Assembly (NCBI GenBank): GCA_963842945.1
Contig: CAWJIM010000006.1
Span: 87,280-151,279, forward strand
Source: an uncultured Gemmatimonadales bacterium
GTDB lineage: Bacteria; Gemmatimonadota; Gemmatimonadetes; Gemmatimonadales; GWC2-71-9
Direction: 5' to 3'
DNA: 64,000 nucleotides
Made by a program: the position numbers and the translations under genes. The notes under the pieces are model-generated. The model saw nothing but the letters and a program-made list of their open reading frames with translations, did not search any database and was not told the DNA's origin. Below are positions 60,894-64,000 of this stretch, in pieces (position 1 is the stretch's first letter; each line of letters opens with the position of its first letter).

Positions 60894-62817
60894 ATGCCAC
60901 CAACATACCAAGAAGTCTACGCCCGCTGGCGCGCCGAGCCCGAGGCCTTCTGGGCCGAGGCGGCGGAGGCGGTCCACTGGTACCGCAAGTGGGACGCGGT
61001 GCTGGATCAGCTCCCGCGCTCCCTTCTACCGCTGGTATCCCGGCGGCCAGACCAACAGCTGCTACAACGCGCTCGACCGCCACGTCGAGAACGGCCGCGC
61101 CGACCAGGTCGCCCTGATCTACGACAGCCCGGTCACCTCGACGGTGCGCAGCTTCACCTATCGCGAGCTCAGGGACGAGGTGGCCCGGTTCGCCGGTGTG
61201 CTGGCGAAGCGCGGCGTCAACCGGGGCGACCGGGTCATCATCTACATGCCTATGGTCCCCGAGACCGTCATCGCGATGCTGGCCTGCGCCCGGATCGGCG
61301 CCATCCACTCGGTAGTGTTCGGCGGCTTCGCGTCGCCCGAGCTGGCCAGCCGGATCACCGATGCTCGACCCAAGGCGATCCTCACCGCCTCCTGCGGGAT
61401 CGAGATCGACCGGGTGGTGCCGTACAAGCCGCTGCTCGACCGCGCCATCGAGCTGGCCACGTTCAAGCCTGAGTGCTGCATCGTGCTCCAGCGTCCCCAG
61501 TGTATGGCGACGCTCGTCTCGGGACGGGACCACGACTGGGCTGACCTCTTGGCTAGGGCGTCGCCCGTGGACTGCGTCCCGCTCCTCGCCACCGATCCGC
61601 TCTACATCCTCTATACCTCCGGCACGACGGGAAATCCCAAGGGCATCGTGCGCGACAACGGCGGCCACCTGGTCGCGCTCACCTGGAGCATGCGCAACAT
61701 CTATGGCGTGGAGCCGGGCGAGGTGTACTGGGCCGCGTCCGACCTGGGCTGGACCGTGGGCCACTCGTACATCGTCTACGGCCCGCTGTTCCATGGCAAC
61801 ACGACCATCCTATATGAAGGAAAGCCGGTGGGCACCCCCGACGCGGGCGCCTTCTGGCGGGTCATCGCGCAGCACGGGGTGCGGGCATTCTTCACCGCGC
61901 CGACCGCGTTTCGCGCCATCAAGCGGGACGACCCCAGGGGCGAGCACGTCCGCCGCTATGACCTGAGTAAGCTCCGCACCCTGTTCCTGGCCGGCGAGCG
62001 CTGCGACCCGGCGACGCTGGCGTGGGCGGAGCAGCAGCTCCACATCCCGGTGATCGATCACTGGTGGCAGACCGAGACCGGCTGGCCGGTCGGCTGCAAC
62101 TGCGTGGGACTGGGACTGCTGCCGGTGAAGCCGGGGTCGTGCGCGGTGCCGGTGCCGGGCTACGACGTGCGGGTGCTGACCGACGAGGGCGCCGAGGCGA
62201 AGACCGGCGACACCGGCAACGTCGTCATCAAACTGCCCCTGCCGCCGGGCTGCTCGCCTACCCTGTGGAACAACGACCAGGGCTACCGCGACACCTATCT
62301 CAGCGCCTATCCCGGCTACTATCTCACGGCCGACGCCGGCTTCAAGGACGAGGATGGCTACCTCTGGATCATGAGCCGCACCGACGACGTGATCAACGTC
62401 GCCGGGCACCGGCTCTCGACCGGGGCGATGGAGGAGGTGCTGGCGGCGCATCCGGACGTCGCCGAGTGCGCGGTGGTTGGAGTCAACGACACGCTCAAGG
62501 GCGAAGTCCCGCTGGGTCTTGTTGTGCTCAAGGCCGGAGCTGCGCGGGCACGCGAGGAGCTGGTGAGTGAGCTGGTGGAGCTCGTGCGGCAGAGGATCGG
62601 CCCGGTGGCGTCATTCAAGACCGCAACTCAGGTCAAGCGGCTACCCAAGACGCGCTCAGGGAAGATCGTGCGCGGCACCATCAAGAAGATCGCCGATGGT
62701 GTGCCGTATACCATCCCGCCGACCATCGATGATCCCGCCATCCTCGACGAAATCGCCGCGGATCTCGCGGCGATCGGCTATCCCCAGAGCGCTCGGGCCT
62801 TCGCTGAACGGATGTGA
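60894..62817 (+). pseudogene. prpE: Propionate--CoA ligase-like acyl-CoA synthetase with one frame disruption near 61011
   Basis: MPPTYQEVYARWRAEPEAFWAEAAEAVHW...VLDQ continues in the next frame as (S)RAPFYRWYPGGQTNSCYNALDRH. Also ILYTSGTTGNPKG, DVINVAGHRLST and LPKTRSGKIVR. It is colinear with E. coli PrpE by recollection. Confidence 0.85.
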
Positions 62818-62864
62818 ATCGTGACGGTCCCGACCGGTACGGGTAACCCGATAGGGGGTGTTGC

Positions 62865-63929
62865 ATGAAGACGAATACGATCACCCGTCGCCTTGTGCTG
62901 TCCGCGTTGCTCGGCCTTCTCGCCTGCTCCAAGGACCGCGATAGCGATCAGCCGGGCTCGGCTCGCAAGCCCGCTCCCTTCGACGCTGGGCCGGTAGCAA
63001 TCGCCCTGGTCCAGAACAGCGGCGCCGGTGACTACTTCGAGCAGTGGACCGCCGGCGCTCGGCAGCAGGCGGACGCGGCCGGACTCAGGATGCAGGTCTA
63101 CGACGCGAAGGCCGACCCTGCCAAACAGGCCAGCGACATGAAGGCGGCCATCGAGTCCGGCGTCAAAGGGATTATCGTCGATCACGGTCTGGCCGGCACC
63201 ATGTGCCCGCTGCTCCAGCAGGCCACCGACGCCGGTATCGCCGTCGTGGTCTACGACATCGAGATCACCGAGTGCGCCCCAAAGGCCATCGAGACCGCGC
63301 AGGACGACGCCGATCTTGCCACGCTCTTGCTCACGCAGATGGCCCAGGACCTTGGGGACGGCGTCCCAGTCGGCTATGTCAACGTGCTTGGCATCGCCCC
63401 GTTCGACCGGCGCGACGTCGTGTGGAAGAAGTTTGTGGCCCAGCACAAGTGGGCGCCAAAGTTCTTCGTCGGCAAGTTCACCCACACCGTGGCCACTGAC
63501 AACGCGCGGCTCGCCGATGCCGCGCTGAAAGCCAATCCCCAGGTGAAAGCGATCTTCGCTGCCTACGACGAGCTGGCCAAGGGCGCCGTCTCAGCCATCG
63601 ATCAGCGTGGCCTTGCAGCCAAGGTGGCGACGTACGGCATCGACATCTCGAATGCAGACATCGAGCTGATGAGGAAGGAGGACAGCCCCTGGAAGGCGAC
63701 TGCAACTACCGATCCGAGTGCCGTCGGCGCCGCCGTCACTCGGACGCTCGCCCTACAAATGGCCGGCCAACTCGGACGCAAGGAGGTCGTTTTTCCCGGC
63801 GTCCTCGTCACCCAGTCGTTTCTTCGGGAAAATCAGATCAAGAGCATGGGCGACTTGCGGGCCAAGATGCCCCAATTGAATCTCGCAAACGTGAGCTCGG
63901 CCGGCTGGCTGCGGTCGGTCACCTTCTGA
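62865..63929 (+). CDS. Sugar ABC transporter substrate-binding lipoprotein (RbsB/LacI-type periplasmic binding fold)
   Basis: Lipobox LSALLGLLAC. VAIALVQNSGAGDYF, GIIVDHG and AIFAAYDELAKGA are typical of PBP type I sugar binders. Confidence 0.8.
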   Translation: MKTNTITRRLVLSALLGLLACSKDRDSDQPGSARKPAPFDAGPVAIALVQNSGAGDYFEQWTAGARQQADAAGLRMQVYDAKADPAKQASDMKAAIESGVKGIIVDHGLAGTMCPLLQQATDAGIAVVVYDIEITECAPKAIETAQDDADLATLLLTQMAQDLGDGVPVGYVNVLGIAPFDRRDVVWKKFVAQHKWAPKFFVGKFTHTVATDNARLADAALKANPQVKAIFAAYDELAKGAVSAIDQRGLAAKVATYGIDISNADIELMRKEDSPWKATATTDPSAVGAAVTRTLALQMAGQLGRKEVVFPGVLVTQSFLRENQIKSMGDLRAKMPQLNLANVSSAGWLRSVTF

Positions 63930-64000
63930 GCTCCACGTCGGCCAAGGCGGCGGCGAATTGCTGCTGCCTCCTGCGGTCCAGTAGCGCCGCTGACGGGAGC

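Overview
This is a high-GC (roughly two-thirds G+C by eye), gene-dense bacterial chromosomal segment with about 55 protein-coding genes. I recognised no rRNA, tRNA, CRISPR array, transposase or integrase. The gene content resembles a soil Gemmatimonadota- or Acidobacteriota-like organism, but that is a low-confidence guess. Recognisable content: (1) DNA repair genes: a 5'-3' exonuclease, Ogt with an Oxygenase-NA-type 2OG oxygenase, and a stand-alone ATP-dependent ligase convergent with a Prim-Pol. (2) Envelope and periplasmic proteins: a CBM9/DUF5916-like protein, a Kelch lipoprotein, DUF4136, an OM beta-barrel, DUF4142 and a DPP-IV peptidase. (3) Transporters: two MFS, a TAXI-type receptor and a sugar-binding lipoprotein. 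(4) Metabolism: a desaturase, a VOC plus FAD oxidoreductase operon, an SBP56/methanethiol-oxidase-like gene with a di-haem cytochrome c, and PrpE. (5) An unusually dense set of signalling genes: four large Ser/Thr kinases, three ECF-type sigma factors (two are TIGR02999/ECF43-like and directly coupled to kinases), two paralogous SARP-like wHTH-BTAD-TPR regulators, and PadR. The most striking property is at least 40 single-nucleotide frame disruptions, recognisable because conserved motifs continue seamlessly in another frame. They are distributed very unevenly. Long stretches are clean, while the sigma/kinase/BTAD genes and some neighbours are riddled with them. This is either a consensus-indel (assembly or polishing) artefact or real decay of a paralog-rich signalling island, and the sequence alone cannot decide. 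Other notable structure: short orphan copies of gene ends (kinase 3' tail, VOC-FAD operon boundaries); a conserved control region with GGTGACG direct repeats and a GTCACC-N4-GGTGAC palindrome upstream of both BTAD paralogs; a conserved roughly 21-30 nt box upstream of two secreted paralogs; and an alpha/beta-hydrolase-kinase-TPR fusion translationally coupled (GTGA) to its ECF sigma factor.
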